Sequence record: DRR378314_661
Strand: one strand, 5' to 3'
Length of the DNA stretch: 55,096 nt
A model generated the notes under the pieces. That model worked only from the letters and a program-made list of their open reading frames with translations. It made no database searches and was not told the origin of the DNA. Positions 38,545-49,457 of this stretch are shown here, piece by piece. The number at the start of each line of letters is the position of its first letter. Positions within the stretch are counted from its first letter, which is position 1. A program made the translations under genes and the position numbers.

Positions 38545-39429
38545 CTATTCGCCTCCGCTGAGCGAGTGAACGTAGACAGCGATCGCCTTGATCGTTGCGT
38601 CGTCGAGGCGGTCATCCCAGGCAGGCATGTGAGAATTACGGGCATTGTAAATCGTCGCCCGGATGTTCTCTTCACGACCGCCGTAGAGCCATTCCGCGTC
38701 GGTGAGGTTCGGTGCCCCCTGGGCGCGATCACCCGTTCCGTCCACGCCATGACACGTCGCACATTGCTGTTGGAAAATCGGCGCGGCACGGGAGACGGCT
38801 TCTGCATCATCGCTCCGGTCTGTCAGACTGAGCACATATTGCGCGAGATCATCAACTTGAGACCCTGTCAGAAGGCCGTCACGACCAAATGCCGGCATCG
38901 CAGAGAAGCGTGTTGCGTCATCCGCATCGTGACGGATGCCGTGGCGGATCGTGTACTCAATGCCGTCGAGAGAACCATCCCACAACCAGACATCATCTGC
39001 GAGAGCGGGATAGCCAATGGCACCCCGTCCACCCGCACCGTGACATGTGGCGCAGTTGTCTCCGAAGGCACTCTCACCCATTGCGAGCGCGAATTGCTGC
39101 AAGGTACGGTCTGTCTCGATCGTCTCCAGATTGGCATCCAGCAGCACAACCGACTGCGCATCACGAGCCGACTGAAGGTCCGCAACGGCCTTGGCGACTT
39201 CCACACGGTCAGAATGACCCCTGACACCTTTCGTATTTGTTCCCATGCCTGGCAGAGCCGGAATGGCGGGCATCAGGATCATGTAAACGACGGCCCAAGC
39301 AATCGTCATGTACCAGACATACAGCCACCAGCGCGGCAACGGATTGTTCAGTTCCTTGATACCATCCCAGGAATGGCCGGTCGTCTCGACACCTGAGTGT
39401 TTATCAATGTCTTTGGTTTCATCAGTCAT
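38545..39429 (-). CDS. ccoP: cbb3-type cytochrome c oxidase subunit III
   Basis: TTGH.WDGI.ELNNPLPRWW and two CATCH heme-c motifs. Confidence 0.97.
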   Translation of the reverse strand: MTDETKDIDKHSGVETTGHSWDGIKELNNPLPRWWLYVWYMTIAWAVVYMILMPAIPALPGMGTNTKGVRGHSDRVEVAKAVADLQSARDAQSVVLLDANLETIETDRTLQQFALAMGESAFGDNCATCHGAGGRGAIGYPALADDVWLWDGSLDGIEYTIRHGIRHDADDATRFSAMPAFGRDGLLTGSQVDDLAQYVLSLTDRSDDAEAVSRAAPIFQQQCATCHGVDGTGDRAQGAPNLTDAEWLYGGREENIRATIYNARNSHMPAWDDRLDDATIKAIAVYVHSLSGGE

Positions 39430-39583
39430 TTGATGGCCCCTTGTCTTCAAGCGGAGAATTTGCAGCGCGGTCGAAAGTTTCCTGATTGTTGGGCCAAAGC
39501 GCGTAGGCCAGAGCCGCCAAGAACATCAGGACGAAATAGACCAGGCCGCCGGTCTGAGCGAAACTTGAAAGTGCTTCATACAT
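39422..39583 (-). CDS. ccoQ: cbb3-type cytochrome c oxidase subunit IV (53 aa; absent from ORF track)
   Basis: Translated by hand: MYEALSSFAQTGGLVYFVLMFLAALAYALWPNNQETFDRAANSPLEDKGPSND, between ccoO and ccoP. Confidence 0.93.
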   Translation of the reverse strand: MYEALSSFAQTGGLVYFVLMFLAALAYALWPNNQETFDRAANSPLEDKGPSND

Positions 39584-39595
39584 TCCGTGATCCTC

Positions 39596-40366
39596 CTAGC
39601 GACGGTTACTGAGGTCGTTGGCCTCATAGGTTGAGAAATCGACCAGTGTGCCGGTCATCTGGAGGTAGGCAACGATGGCATCCATCTCGGTGACGCGCGT
39701 GCGGTCTCCATCATAATCGCGATACTCAACCGATCCGTCGCGCCCTGCGATGCCGTCATACTCTTCGATCAGGCTGTCGAGATAGTCGTAGCCTTTCTCG
39801 TCGGGATCAGCCTGAGCATAGATATGGCCCGCGGCGTTCTCAATCATCTCATCCGTGTAGGGTACGCCAAGCATCCGCTCGGTCCGCAAACGCTCCTCGA
39901 TCCGATCATAGTTGAGCTTCTTATCGGCCAGGAACGCATAAGGCGGCATGACACTCTCCGGCACCAGAGCGCGCGGATCCTTCAGGTGGTCGACCTGCCA
40001 TTCAGCAGAATACTTGCCACCCACACGGGCGAGATCCGGCCCCGTCCGCTTCGATCCCCACTGGAAGGGGTGGTCGTACATGCTTTCCGCGGCGAGAGAG
40101 TAGTGCCCGTAGCGCTCAACCTCATCCCGCAGGGGACGGACCATCTGGCTGTGGCAGACATAGCAGCCTTCGCGGATGTAGATGTCCCGGCCCATCAGTT
40201 CGAGGGGTGTATAGGGGCGCATCCCGTCAACCTTCTCGATCGTGTTGTCCATATAGGCGAGAGGGGCCATCTGGATCAGGCCGCCGATGGATACAACGAC
40301 GAGGATGCCGATGGTGAGGAGCAGCGAATGCCGCTCCAGCAATCCATGTTTGTTCATAATGCTCAT
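39596..40366 (-). CDS. ccoO: cbb3-type cytochrome c oxidase subunit II
   Basis: [34 protein letters not shown]. Confidence 0.97.
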   Translation of the reverse strand: MSIMNKHGLLERHSLLLTIGILVVVSIGGLIQMAPLAYMDNTIEKVDGMRPYTPLELMGRDIYIREGCYVCHSQMVRPLRDEVERYGHYSLAAESMYDHPFQWGSKRTGPDLARVGGKYSAEWQVDHLKDPRALVPESVMPPYAFLADKKLNYDRIEERLRTERMLGVPYTDEMIENAAGHIYAQADPDEKGYDYLDSLIEEYDGIAGRDGSVEYRDYDGDRTRVTEMDAIVAYLQMTGTLVDFSTYEANDLSNRR

Positions 40367-40376
40367 GGATACGCTC

Positions 40377-42062
40377 CTATTCAGCAGGAACCAGCGTCGT
40401 GCGCGGTTCGGGGGTTGCGTAAGGGTCAGGCTTGGCATCAATCGGCTCTGCAGCGCCGTGGCCCATTGCGGAGCGCACGAGGTTGTAGGCCATGATCAGG
40501 GCACCGCTGAAGTACAGCAGACCACCCAAAGCACGGATCATGTAGCTGATATGCTTTGCCTCAACGGTTTCAACGAAGCTGTATTCGAGGAAGCCGTATT
40601 CATTGTAGGCGCGCCACATCAGACCTTCCATGATCCCTGCGAACCACATGGAAATCATGTAGAACAGGATGCCGATCGTGGAGATCCAGAAGTGCCACTC
40701 AACAAGGGACTTCGAGTACAGAGCTTTCTTCTTGTAAAGCCAGGGCACAAGGCAATAGAGCGCGCCGAAGCTGATATAGCCGACCCAGCCCAGCGCACCT
40801 GAATGCACGTGGCCAATGCCCCACTCCGTATAGTGGCTGAGCGAGTTCACCGCACGAACGGACATCAACGGTCCTTCAAAGGTCGCCATGCCATAGAAGG
40901 CCAGCGAAACCACCATCATGCGTACAACTGGATCCGTGCGCAGCTTGTCCCAGGCGCCTGACAGCGTCATGACACCATTGATCATACCGCCCCAGCTAGG
41001 CATCCAGAGCATGATCGAGAACGTCATGCCAAGCGTCTGCGCCCATTGCGGCAGAGCCGTATAGTGCAAATGGTGCGGACCCGCCCAGATGTAGATGAAG
41101 ATCAGGCTCCAGAAGTGCACGATCGACAGGCGGTAGGAATAAACCGGCCGATTCACCCGCTTCGGAATGAAGTAGTACATGATCGCCAGGAAGCCGGTCG
41201 TCAGGAAGAAGCCAACCGCGTTGTGGCCGTACCACCACTGCGTCATCGCATCTTGCACACCGGCAAAAACCTGAACGGACTTGGTGCCCGTCCAGCTGAC
41301 CGGCACAGACAGATTGTTGACGATGTGCAGCATCGCGATGGTCACGATGAAGGACAGGTAGAACCAGTTTGCCACATAGATGTGCGGCTCTTTCCGCTTC
41401 CACAGTGTGCCAAGGAAGACGAGCAGGTAGGCCACCCAGACAATCGTCAGCCAGAGGTCCACATACCATTCCGGCTCAGCGTATTCTTTCGACTGCGTAA
41501 CGCCGAGCAGATAGCCCGTTGCTGCCAGAACGATGAAGAACTGATAGCCCCAGAAAACAAACCAGGGCCACATTCCGCCAGCAATCCGCGTGCGGCAGGT
41601 GCGCTGAACCACGTAGAAACTTGTCGCCAGCAACACGTTGCCGCCAAATGCAAAGATCACAGCGCTCGTGTGCAGCGGTCTTAAGCGACCAAAGTTCGTC
41701 CAGCCCCATTCAGGAAAGTAGAAGATGTTCGGAAAGGTCAGCTGCAATGCGATGACCACACCGACCAGAAGCCCTGCGATGCCCCAGAACATGGAGGCAA
41801 ACACGCCATACTTGACCAGCGTGTCTTCATATTTGGTCTCATCAAACGGATTGCGGTCCAGCAGATTGCCGGCCCACATCCCCGTCCCGACGAGAAATGC
41901 CGTGACAAGCGCGATGAATGTCATCGCCTGAATGCTCATGGCGTGATCAATCGTGCGACCCGCGATGATCAGGGCAAGCACCCCGAATATCGCAACGGCA
42001 ACCGAGACAGTCGCAATGCTGCCCCGGCTACTGTTTGAAGCAATGGAATTTGGTGTCATCAT
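40377..42062 (-). CDS. ccoN: cbb3-type cytochrome c oxidase subunit I
   Basis: [39 protein letters not shown]. Confidence 0.98.
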   Translation of the reverse strand: MMTPNSIASNSSRGSIATVSVAVAIFGVLALIIAGRTIDHAMSIQAMTFIALVTAFLVGTGMWAGNLLDRNPFDETKYEDTLVKYGVFASMFWGIAGLLVGVVIALQLTFPNIFYFPEWGWTNFGRLRPLHTSAVIFAFGGNVLLATSFYVVQRTCRTRIAGGMWPWFVFWGYQFFIVLAATGYLLGVTQSKEYAEPEWYVDLWLTIVWVAYLLVFLGTLWKRKEPHIYVANWFYLSFIVTIAMLHIVNNLSVPVSWTGTKSVQVFAGVQDAMTQWWYGHNAVGFFLTTGFLAIMYYFIPKRVNRPVYSYRLSIVHFWSLIFIYIWAGPHHLHYTALPQWAQTLGMTFSIMLWMPSWGGMINGVMTLSGAWDKLRTDPVVRMMVVSLAFYGMATFEGPLMSVRAVNSLSHYTEWGIGHVHSGALGWVGYISFGALYCLVPWLYKKKALYSKSLVEWHFWISTIGILFYMISMWFAGIMEGLMWRAYNEYGFLEYSFVETVEAKHISYMIRALGGLLYFSGALIMAYNLVRSAMGHGAAEPIDAKPDPYATPEPRTTLVPAE

Positions 42063-42140
42063 ACTAACTAAGCCCCTTCCGCAGAGCGTTGCGGTTCACT
42101 CGTATGACGCCTGATTACGGTGATCGCCTCGGCCCGCGTA

Positions 42141-42156
42141 TAGGGGCTTTCCCGTA
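42141..42156. promoter_or_regulatory. candidate FixJ box 1 (ccoN / fixL divergent region)
   Basis: TAGGGGCTTTCCCGTA, imperfect palindrome; related 16-mers at 44298 and 49475. Confidence 0.55.
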
Positions 42157-42211
42157 TGGGACAGTTGGTCCGCATTTTCTATGAAACGGCATCAATTGAA
42201 GGGACTTCGAT

Positions 42212-42478
42212 GTGAAAACGACATTCGCCTATCTCGCCTCAGCCGCGCTGCTGACTGTCGGCCTCGTAAAGATGGCCGTTCAGGCCTCGACGCAATCCAC
42301 CCTTTTGATTCCAACCTGCTTGGACCAATCGGTCGCCCTTCCTGTCGCGAGCGCAGGAACGCCGCTACTTCACTGCTGGGGATGCTATACGGCGGCGCTC
42401 GGAGCGGTTGGCCTGACTGTTCTGGCTGCCAATGGCCTGAAGCAAACACGCCAGCGCCGAGTGTCTGCGCTTTCCTAA
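42212..42478 (+). CDS. small hypothetical membrane protein with HCWGCY motif
   Basis: GTG start after GAAGGGA, two hydrophobic segments, fills the gap before fixL. Confidence 0.6.
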   Translation: MKTTFAYLASAALLTVGLVKMAVQASTQSTLLIPTCLDQSVALPVASAGTPLLHCWGCYTAALGAVGLTVLAANGLKQTRQRRVSALS

Positions 42479-42508
42479 TTGACCGACTACTCTTACAGTC
42501 GACGGGAT

Positions 42509-43672
42509 ATGACCAATCCCTTGTCTGACCTCTGGCGTATTGAGAATTCCGAGTTTCAGGACTCGGGTTCGCTTCAATCAATCCTGTCGTCGATCTTGCA
42601 ATCTGTACCGGACGCGATGATCGTGATCGATGATCGCGGAATCATCATGGCCTTCAGCCGTGCGGCAGAAACCCTGTTCGGTTACAAATCCGAAGATGTC
42701 GTGGGCGAGAATATCAAATGCCTCATGACCGATACCGATCAATCCCATCATGACCAGTACATCCGCAACTATCTGACGACCGGCGAGCGCCAGATCATCG
42801 GCATCGGCCGTATCGTGGAAGCGCGCCTTGCCAATGGCGACTCTATTCCGGTGGAACTCAAGATCGGAGAGGCGAACATCGGCGAACGCAAACTGTTCAC
42901 CGGCTTCATCCGCGACATTACAGAGAAACAGGCCAATGTGCACCGTATTGGCGAGTTGCAGGCGGAGCTAAGCAATTTCTCTCGGCTGAGTGCGGTCGGC
43001 ACAATGGCGTCCGCGATGGCGCATGAGCTGAACCAGCCGCTGACCGCCGTGGCTAATTATCTGGAAGCCGCCCGCGACATGCTGGACGATCCAAGCTCGG
43101 ATGACCTTGCAATGGTACAGGAAGCGATGGCCGCCGCTGCCGAACAATCCATCCGGGCCGGACAGATTGTACGCCGCCTGAGAGATTACGTTTCTCGCGG
43201 TGAACTGGACTTGCGCCCCTTCTCGCTCAAGGAAATTATAGACGACGCTGTCACAATCGCCAAAGTGGGGATCGACGGCCCCCTTGCCCGGGTCGTGTTG
43301 CGACTTGACGATCCCGATGTGAAGGTGATGGCAGATCGGCTGCAATTGCGTCAGGTGTTCGCGAATCTGGTTCGCAACGCAATCGAAGCGCTGGCCGAAA
43401 CGGAAAACCCGCAAGTCTGGATCCATGGACGGCAGGTCGGCGAGGAGATTATCGTGGAAGTACGCGACAATGGGCCCGGCCTTTCCGAAGACTTGCTCCA
43501 CTCGCCCTTCGAAGCGTTCCAGACCACAAAAGCCACAGGCATGGGACTGGGACTATCGATCTGCCAAACCATAGTCGAGGCACATGGCAGCAGCATTCAA
43601 GTCGCATCAGAACCGGGTACTGGAGCCTGTTTCACCTTTACGCTAAGAATCGCCTCAGACTTGGGAATGTGA
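42509..43672 (+). CDS. fixL: heme-PAS oxygen-sensor histidine kinase FixL (soluble)
   Basis: PAS VPDAMIVID...HDQYI.NYL.TGE..IIGIGR, H-box AHELNQPL, N-box NL.RNA, G-boxes DNGPG and GMGLGL. Confidence 0.93.
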   Translation: MTNPLSDLWRIENSEFQDSGSLQSILSSILQSVPDAMIVIDDRGIIMAFSRAAETLFGYKSEDVVGENIKCLMTDTDQSHHDQYIRNYLTTGERQIIGIGRIVEARLANGDSIPVELKIGEANIGERKLFTGFIRDITEKQANVHRIGELQAELSNFSRLSAVGTMASAMAHELNQPLTAVANYLEAARDMLDDPSSDDLAMVQEAMAAAAEQSIRAGQIVRRLRDYVSRGELDLRPFSLKEIIDDAVTIAKVGIDGPLARVVLRLDDPDVKVMADRLQLRQVFANLVRNAIEALAETENPQVWIHGRQVGEEIIVEVRDNGPGLSEDLLHSPFEAFQTTKATGMGLGLSICQTIVEAHGSSIQVASEPGTGACFTFTLRIASDLGM

Positions 43673-43679
43673 GCACCAA

Positions 43680-44300
43680 ATGACCAAAACCATTTTCCTC
43701 GTGGATGACGACGAAGCCATTCGGCACTCGGCAAGCTTCATGCTGCGGCACGCCGGCTATACGGTGAAGACGTTCCCGGATGGAATGACCTTCCTCGACG
43801 CATACGCCCCAAACGATTCGGCTTGCATCCTTCTGGACGTTCGGATGCCTGGAATGGATGGCCTGGCAGTGCAGCAGGCTCTGTCAGAACGTGGGAACAA
43901 GATGCCGATCATCGTGCTCACAGGACATGGAGACGTGTCCGTCGCGGTGCAGGCAATGAAGAATGGCGCGATCGAATTCCTCGAAAAACCTTATGAAAAG
44001 AAGGCATTGCTGGAAGCCATCGAAAATGGCTTCAATCGTATTGCCGACCATGCTGCCGAAGCAGACCAACGCAGCGAAGCCGTCGCGAAGCTCACCCGGT
44101 TGACTGGACGGGAATCTGAAGTGCTTGATTGCCTGGTGGACGGAATGACCAACAAGGCCATAGCGGAAACCCTGTCGATTTCTCCCCGCACCGTCGAGAT
44201 CCACCGTGCCAATCTGATGGAGAAACTGGAAGCCGACAGCCTGTCCGCTGCGCTTCGCATAGCTTTCACGGCAGACCGCGGACGCGAGCTGCCTCGTTAG
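43680..44300 (+). CDS. fixJ: response regulator FixJ
   Basis: Receiver VDDD, LLDVRMPG.DG, TGHGD, KP; LuxR HTH NK.IA..L.IS.RTVE.HRA. Confidence 0.93.
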   Translation: MTKTIFLVDDDEAIRHSASFMLRHAGYTVKTFPDGMTFLDAYAPNDSACILLDVRMPGMDGLAVQQALSERGNKMPIIVLTGHGDVSVAVQAMKNGAIEFLEKPYEKKALLEAIENGFNRIADHAAEADQRSEAVAKLTRLTGRESEVLDCLVDGMTNKAIAETLSISPRTVEIHRANLMEKLEADSLSAALRIAFTADRGRELPR

Positions 44301-44313
44301 GTAGGTGTACTTA
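44298..44313. promoter_or_regulatory. candidate FixJ box 2 (upstream of fixT-like gene)
   Basis: TAGGTAGGTGTACTTA. Confidence 0.5.
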
Positions 44314-44374
44314 GAGACGCGCGATCTCTCCGTTCGTAGATATGGGATTCTATGAACGTTGAGATCAGCCATCC

Positions 44375-44767
44375 ATGAACCAATCCGCGCACCAGCCCGA
44401 ATTGCTCAGAATTGCTCTCGTCGAAGACGATGAGGAAGTCCGCTACTCCTTGATGATGCTGCTTAGGTCACGTGGCTTCGCGGTCGACTCCTACAGGAAT
44501 GGTATGGAGATCCTGATGAACCAACCGAGCCTGCAAGTGGATTGCCTGTTGATCGACTATAAGCTGCCGCGATTTGACGGAATTGACTTGCTGGAAAAAA
44601 TGCGCGTGGCTGGCACCACAACGCCCGCTGTTCTTATCACAGGCTATTACTCTCCCCACCTGAAAGCGCGTGCGCTCAAAGCGGGCTTTACAGACGTCGT
44701 CGAGAAATCCTCCAAACCGCAAGACGTACTCAATTGCCTCGCGACTGCGACCGGGCAAATCCACTAA
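44375..44767 (+). CDS. single-domain response regulator (FixT-like)
   Basis: LVEDD, LLIDYKLP..DG, LITG, VEK; no output domain; directly after fixJ. Confidence 0.8.
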   Translation: MNQSAHQPELLRIALVEDDEEVRYSLMMLLRSRGFAVDSYRNGMEILMNQPSLQVDCLLIDYKLPRFDGIDLLEKMRVAGTTTPAVLITGYYSPHLKARALKAGFTDVVEKSSKPQDVLNCLATATGQIH

Positions 44768-44806
44768 CATTTTGCCGCAGGCGAATTGATCCGTTCAGGA
44801 CCAGCC

Positions 44807-47800
44807 TCAAGAAGGCGCTTGGGTCCCAGTGCCCTCAGATTCCGGTGCGGCGTCCGCCACCCAATCTGGCCCCTTCAGTGCGACATAAATTGCGGGGATC
44901 ACCAGCACGGTCAACGCGGTGGATGACGCCAGCCCGAACAGGAGCGAGATTGCCAAGCCCTGGAAAATCGGGTCCGTCAGAATCACAGCTGCGCCAATCA
45001 TTGCGGCCAAAGCTGTCAGCAGGATCGGCTTGAACCGAATGGCCCCCGCGTCCAGCAACACTTCCCGCAAGGGCCGATCCGCGAACTGGCCATGGCGAAC
45101 AAAATCCACCAAGAGAATCGAATTTCGCACGATGATGCCCGCGAGCGCAATGAAGCCAATCATCGATGTCGCCGTGAATGCCGCCCCGAATATCCAGTGC
45201 CCCAGCATGATCCCGATCAGCGTGAGCGGCACTGGCGTCAGGATCACCAAGGGAGTTCTGAATGTACCAAACTGCGCGACCACGAGTATGTAGATAGCCA
45301 CGAGAGCTACGCCGAACGCCAAGCCCATATCCCGGAATGTGACATAGGTAATCTCCCACTCCCCATCCCATAACAATGATGGCTTTGATTCATCCGCCGG
45401 CTGACCATATAGGCGTATTTCAGGCGCCTCCAGACCCGCCGCTGCCCAATCAAAAGCGTCGACACGATCCTGAATTTCCATCATTCCGTAAATAGGCGCC
45501 TCAAATCGGCCGGCCAATTCTCCCATGACCATGTCGGCGAAATAGCCATCCCGACGGAAGATCGTGGCTGAGCCGGATTCCATGCGCGCATCGACCAACG
45601 TACCCAGCTCAACAGGCTGGGCACCCGGCTGGACCGGCACTGGCAGACTGGCCGTGCGTTCTGACCAGACCTGTGAGGACTTCGGCAGCCGAACCGCAAC
45701 AGACAAGGGGTCTCGCCCACCACCGCGCGGGGCCACACCAACAATCTTTCCGGAATAAATCAGCGCCAGCGCATCCAGCACATCCTTCTCGGCAACACCT
45801 CGGTCAGAGGCGGTTGTCTCATCGACGGAAAGAAGCAATCGAGGTTGCGGACCACCGAAAGAATTGTCGACGTCCACGATATACTCGGTTTCCCGAAACA
45901 ATTGTTCTACGATTTCTGCAGTCCTGCGCCGCGTCTCCGCATCCGGCCCATAGATTTCAGCCAGTAATGTCGACAGGACAGGAGGCCCAGGAGGCACTTC
46001 CACGACCTTGACACTGGCGCCATCAGGCAGCGGAATCTCTCTCAACTGATTTCTCAGATCGAGCGCAATCTCGTGACTGGACCTGTTGCGATGGCTCTTT
46101 TCAAGCAGATTGACCTGAAGATCACCAAGCTCCGGAGAAGACCGGAGGAAGTAGTGTCGCACCAGTCCATTGAAGTTGAACGGCGCCGCCGTGCCAGCAT
46201 AAGCCTGAATGGACTCGACCTCATCGACATCGTACATCGTTGCCGCCAACGCAAACAGCGTGCGTTCAGTTTCTTCCAGAGCTGTCCCCTCTGGCATATC
46301 GAGAACGATCTGTATTTCAGATTTGTTGTCGAACGGCAGCAGCTTCACCGTCACGGCTTTGGTCATAAACAGCATCAAGGATGCAAGTGTCGCCACACCG
46401 ACTATGCCAAGAAATATCCAGGCATTGCGGCGGCTTTCCACAATCGGACCAGCAACAGTGCGATAGAACCGCCCCAAACGGCTTTCTTTCTCATCAGATT
46501 GCTCATGAACAGGTGCCCTGCCCGCAATCTTCATCAAAAGCCATGGGGCGATCCCTACAGCGACAAAAAATGAAAACAGCATTGCTGCAGAAGCATTTGC
46601 CGGGATCGGCGCCATGTACGGACCCATAAGTCCTGAAACGAACATCATCGGCAGCAAAGCAGCTATGACGGTCAATGTCGCGACGATTGTCGGGTTCCCG
46701 ACTTCAGCCACGGCATCAATCGCAGCCTGCACGCGTGGTCGCCCATCCCGCATGGACCAGTGTCGCGCTATGTTCTCGATAATGACGATCGCATCATCCA
46801 CCAGAATACCGATGGAAAAGATGAGCGCAAACAAACTGACCCGGTTAATCGTATAGCCCATCATAAGTGAGGCAAAGAGCGTTAGCAGGATGGTTGTCGG
46901 AATAACGATCAGCGTAACAATCGCTTCTCTCCATCCAATTGCGAATGCGATCAGGACCACAATGGACACTGTCGCAAGCGCCAGATGGAAGAGCAATTCA
47001 TTGGCCTTGTGGTTCGCCGTCTCGCCATAGTTTCGCGTCACGGCGATATGGACGCCTTCCGGTACCATTTCCCGTTCGAGCAGCTCAAGTCGCTCGAGAA
47101 TTTGGTCTGCAACCACAACCGCATTCGCCCCCGGCCGCTTGGCAAGTGAGAGCGTCACAGCGGGTAAGGCTTCGAACTCTGCTCGCGACGAATTTCGCTC
47201 AAGCGTCCACGCACGTGCCTCAGTCTCAATACCGGCGACTTCGACGCGCGCGATATCCGACAAGTATATTGTGCGACCATCGGGAGCCCGGATTTCAAGA
47301 CGTTCCAGGTCCCCTATGGCGGATATGCGATCCCCCGCCTGAACGATGATGGATTCCCCTGCCCCGCGCGCAGCTCCAATGGGGCGCGCTTGAACAGCCT
47401 GCGAAACGGCATCAACCAACGCCTGTAGCGGAACACCATATGACGACAGGGCCTCAATATCGGGCTCGACACGCAGCTCAAGGCTACGACCACCAATCAC
47501 ATCTGTCAGGCCGACATCTTCGACCTTCACGAGTTCTTTCAGAACCTCGTCCGCCAGCATCCGCAAGCTCGTGTCGTTCCAGACATGGCCCGTCCAAGGC
47601 TCAGGCGACAGGGTAAGCGTAACGATCGGAACATCATCAATGCCGCGGCCGACAACTTGTGGCATGGGCACTTCTGGCGGAATACGATCAATATTTGCGC
47701 GGATCTTTTCATGGATTCGCAGGATCGCGTCATCGGCATCAGTCCCAACCATGAAGCGAGCGGTTACAATCGCTCCATCGTCCCGGCTTTGACTGTATAC

Positions 47801-48052
47801 ATGCTCAACATCAGGGATCGCTTTGACAATTTCCTCCAGCGGCTCCGTAACCTGTTCAACCGTGTCGGCTGCGCGCAGGCCCGGGGACTGTACCAGAATG
47901 TCCACCATCGGAACGGAGATTTGTGGCTCCTCCTCGCGAGGAATCGTCAGCAGTGCAACCAAACCGACCGCAAGAGCAGCCAGCAGGATCAATGGCGTCA
48001 GCGGCGAACGGATGGTTGCCCGTGTGATAGAACCCGAAACATCCGCCTTCAT
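44807..48052 (-). CDS. RND efflux permease (AcrB family)
   Basis: PREEEPQI.VP, SIGILVDDAIV..ENI, GIIVRNSILLVDF, R.KPILLT. Confidence 0.94.
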   Translation of the reverse strand: MKADVSGSITRATIRSPLTPLILLAALAVGLVALLTIPREEEPQISVPMVDILVQSPGLRAADTVEQVTEPLEEIVKAIPDVEHVYSQSRDDGAIVTARFMVGTDADDAILRIHEKIRANIDRIPPEVPMPQVVGRGIDDVPIVTLTLSPEPWTGHVWNDTSLRMLADEVLKELVKVEDVGLTDVIGGRSLELRVEPDIEALSSYGVPLQALVDAVSQAVQARPIGAARGAGESIIVQAGDRISAIGDLERLEIRAPDGRTIYLSDIARVEVAGIETEARAWTLERNSSRAEFEALPAVTLSLAKRPGANAVVVADQILERLELLEREMVPEGVHIAVTRNYGETANHKANELLFHLALATVSIVVLIAFAIGWREAIVTLIVIPTTILLTLFASLMMGYTINRVSLFALIFSIGILVDDAIVIIENIARHWSMRDGRPRVQAAIDAVAEVGNPTIVATLTVIAALLPMMFVSGLMGPYMAPIPANASAAMLFSFFVAVGIAPWLLMKIAGRAPVHEQSDEKESRLGRFYRTVAGPIVESRRNAWIFLGIVGVATLASLMLFMTKAVTVKLLPFDNKSEIQIVLDMPEGTALEETERTLFALAATMYDVDEVESIQAYAGTAAPFNFNGLVRHYFLRSSPELGDLQVNLLEKSHRNRSSHEIALDLRNQLREIPLPDGASVKVVEVPPGPPVLSTLLAEIYGPDAETRRRTAEIVEQLFRETEYIVDVDNSFGGPQPRLLLSVDETTASDRGVAEKDVLDALALIYSGKIVGVAPRGGGRDPLSVAVRLPKSSQVWSERTASLPVPVQPGAQPVELGTLVDARMESGSATIFRRDGYFADMVMGELAGRFEAPIYGMMEIQDRVDAFDWAAAGLEAPEIRLYGQPADESKPSLLWDGEWEITYVTFRDMGLAFGVALVAIYILVVAQFGTFRTPLVILTPVPLTLIGIMLGHWIFGAAFTATSMIGFIALAGIIVRNSILLVDFVRHGQFADRPLREVLLDAGAIRFKPILLTALAAMIGAAVILTDPIFQGLAISLLFGLASSTALTVLVIPAIYVALKGPDWVADAAPESEGTGTQAPS

Positions 48053-49038
48053 GAGCTTTTCGTTCCCGGCAAGGCAATTACATCTCCCGCTCGCAGCCCC
48101 GACAGAACTTCATAAACTCCTTTGGCAACCAGCGGCTCGGCTAAAACGACAGGGGCATCAACATATCTGTCCCCAATCTTCACCCGCACAAAATCTACGC
48201 CATACCGCGTCGTGACATACTCCTGGGGAAGAATGATCGCCCGCCGGTCACCAACTGGCGCAAGCACGTCGGCTCGCTCCCCAACCAAGGCATTGAGCCC
48301 GCCCTCGACAACAGCATCAGCCACCACAGCGCCACCCTTGAGTGCTGGGTAAACCTTTTCGATCCTGGCCGTCCTAATGGTACCATCTCGCGCGGGAAGC
48401 CGAATGGATATTTCGCCGCCCTCAGATAGATAGCTCAAATGTCGCTCAGGCAGAGACAAGCGTACCAGGCCGTCCAGAGTCGCTAGAGTGGCGATGACTT
48501 GTCCTGGGGACACGACACTGCCCTCTACCACCGAGACATCAGTCACCCGCGAGTCCGCAGGCGCACGCACATAGCCTTCTCCCTGTCGGGCAACGAGACT
48601 GCGGCGCTCCTCTATGGCCGAGGCTCTGTTCGACTTCATCACATTGAGCGCCGCCGCTTCCTGATCATATCGAGCCTTGGGATAAAAACCGTCCGCCAGT
48701 AGTTTCTCAGCGCGCGCGAGATCCGCCTCTTGTTGGGTCACCTGCTCTGTCAAGCCATCAATCCGGGACTGAATGGCGTTGATCTGGGGTGCGATCGTGT
48801 CGTCAGCAATGAACGCAACAACGTCACCAGCCTTCACTGTATCGCCCTCATCTACACCAAGCTGGGTCACGATGCCTTGCAGCCGAGAACGGGCCATCGC
48901 CGTATCGCTGGCCTCAATGCGGCCAACGACGGGTCGGTAGTCCGTGACGATGCTCTCCTCCACCGTCATGGTTTGGGTAGCAGCAATCGGACTACTTGCC
49001 AGACAGACCGCCAAGCTGGCCAAAGCAAATCGGATCAT
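48049..49038 (-). CDS. RND periplasmic adaptor (membrane fusion protein)
   Basis: Signal peptide, lipoyl-like V.EGD.VKAG and RAP.....V.EG..V.PG, SGL..GD; stop overlaps RND start. Confidence 0.9.
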   Translation of the reverse strand: MIRFALASLAVCLASSPIAATQTMTVEESIVTDYRPVVGRIEASDTAMARSRLQGIVTQLGVDEGDTVKAGDVVAFIADDTIAPQINAIQSRIDGLTEQVTQQEADLARAEKLLADGFYPKARYDQEAAALNVMKSNRASAIEERRSLVARQGEGYVRAPADSRVTDVSVVEGSVVSPGQVIATLATLDGLVRLSLPERHLSYLSEGGEISIRLPARDGTIRTARIEKVYPALKGGAVVADAVVEGGLNALVGERADVLAPVGDRRAIILPQEYVTTRYGVDFVRVKIGDRYVDAPVVLAEPLVAKGVYEVLSGLRAGDVIALPGTKSS

Positions 49039-49039
49039 C

Positions 49040-49405
49040 TCAATAATCCCCCTTGTCCACGACAGTCCCGGTGGCTGGATCAATCCGAATGCACGGCTGT
49101 CCAGCTGATCTCCAGGCAGCAATTCCCCCAGCCATATGAGCGGCCTCAACCCCAATCTCCTTCATGAACTTTTCCAAGGCCATGCGGGATCTTTTGCCGG
49201 AACCGCACTGAAAAATGATCTGGCGGTGTCCGTCAGTCGGAAGCGCCTTTGGCTCGAAAGTCGACAATGGGTGCAGTAAAGCACCATGGATCCGCTCGTT
49301 CGCGAACTCCGCCGGCTCACGTACATCGACAAGCAATATGTTTCCGGCCTTCAGGTCAGCCAGAACTTGTTCGGGTTTCACGTCATACTTGTCTGCCATG
49401 TTCAT
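49040..49405 (-). CDS. rhodanese-domain sulfurtransferase
   Basis: LVDVREP.E....I.GA, active-site loop CGSGKRS, GGI.AW. Confidence 0.92.
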   Translation of the reverse strand: MNMADKYDVKPEQVLADLKAGNILLVDVREPAEFANERIHGALLHPLSTFEPKALPTDGHRQIIFQCGSGKRSRMALEKFMKEIGVEAAHMAGGIAAWRSAGQPCIRIDPATGTVVDKGDY

Positions 49406-49443
49406 CAAAGCTCCCTGCTTGCTGGTGATTGCGCACCACGCAT

Positions 49444-49457
49444 TTGATCTAGGTCAT
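49444..49457. promoter_or_regulatory. near-consensus FNR/FixK box
   Basis: TTGAT-CTAG-GTCAT, one mismatch to TTGAY-N4-RTCAA. Confidence 0.4.

Noticed and set aside
42181..42195. ATGAA-ACGGC-ATCAA as a FixK/FNR box for ccoN
   Set aside because: Wrong spacing (N5) and a poor left half-site.
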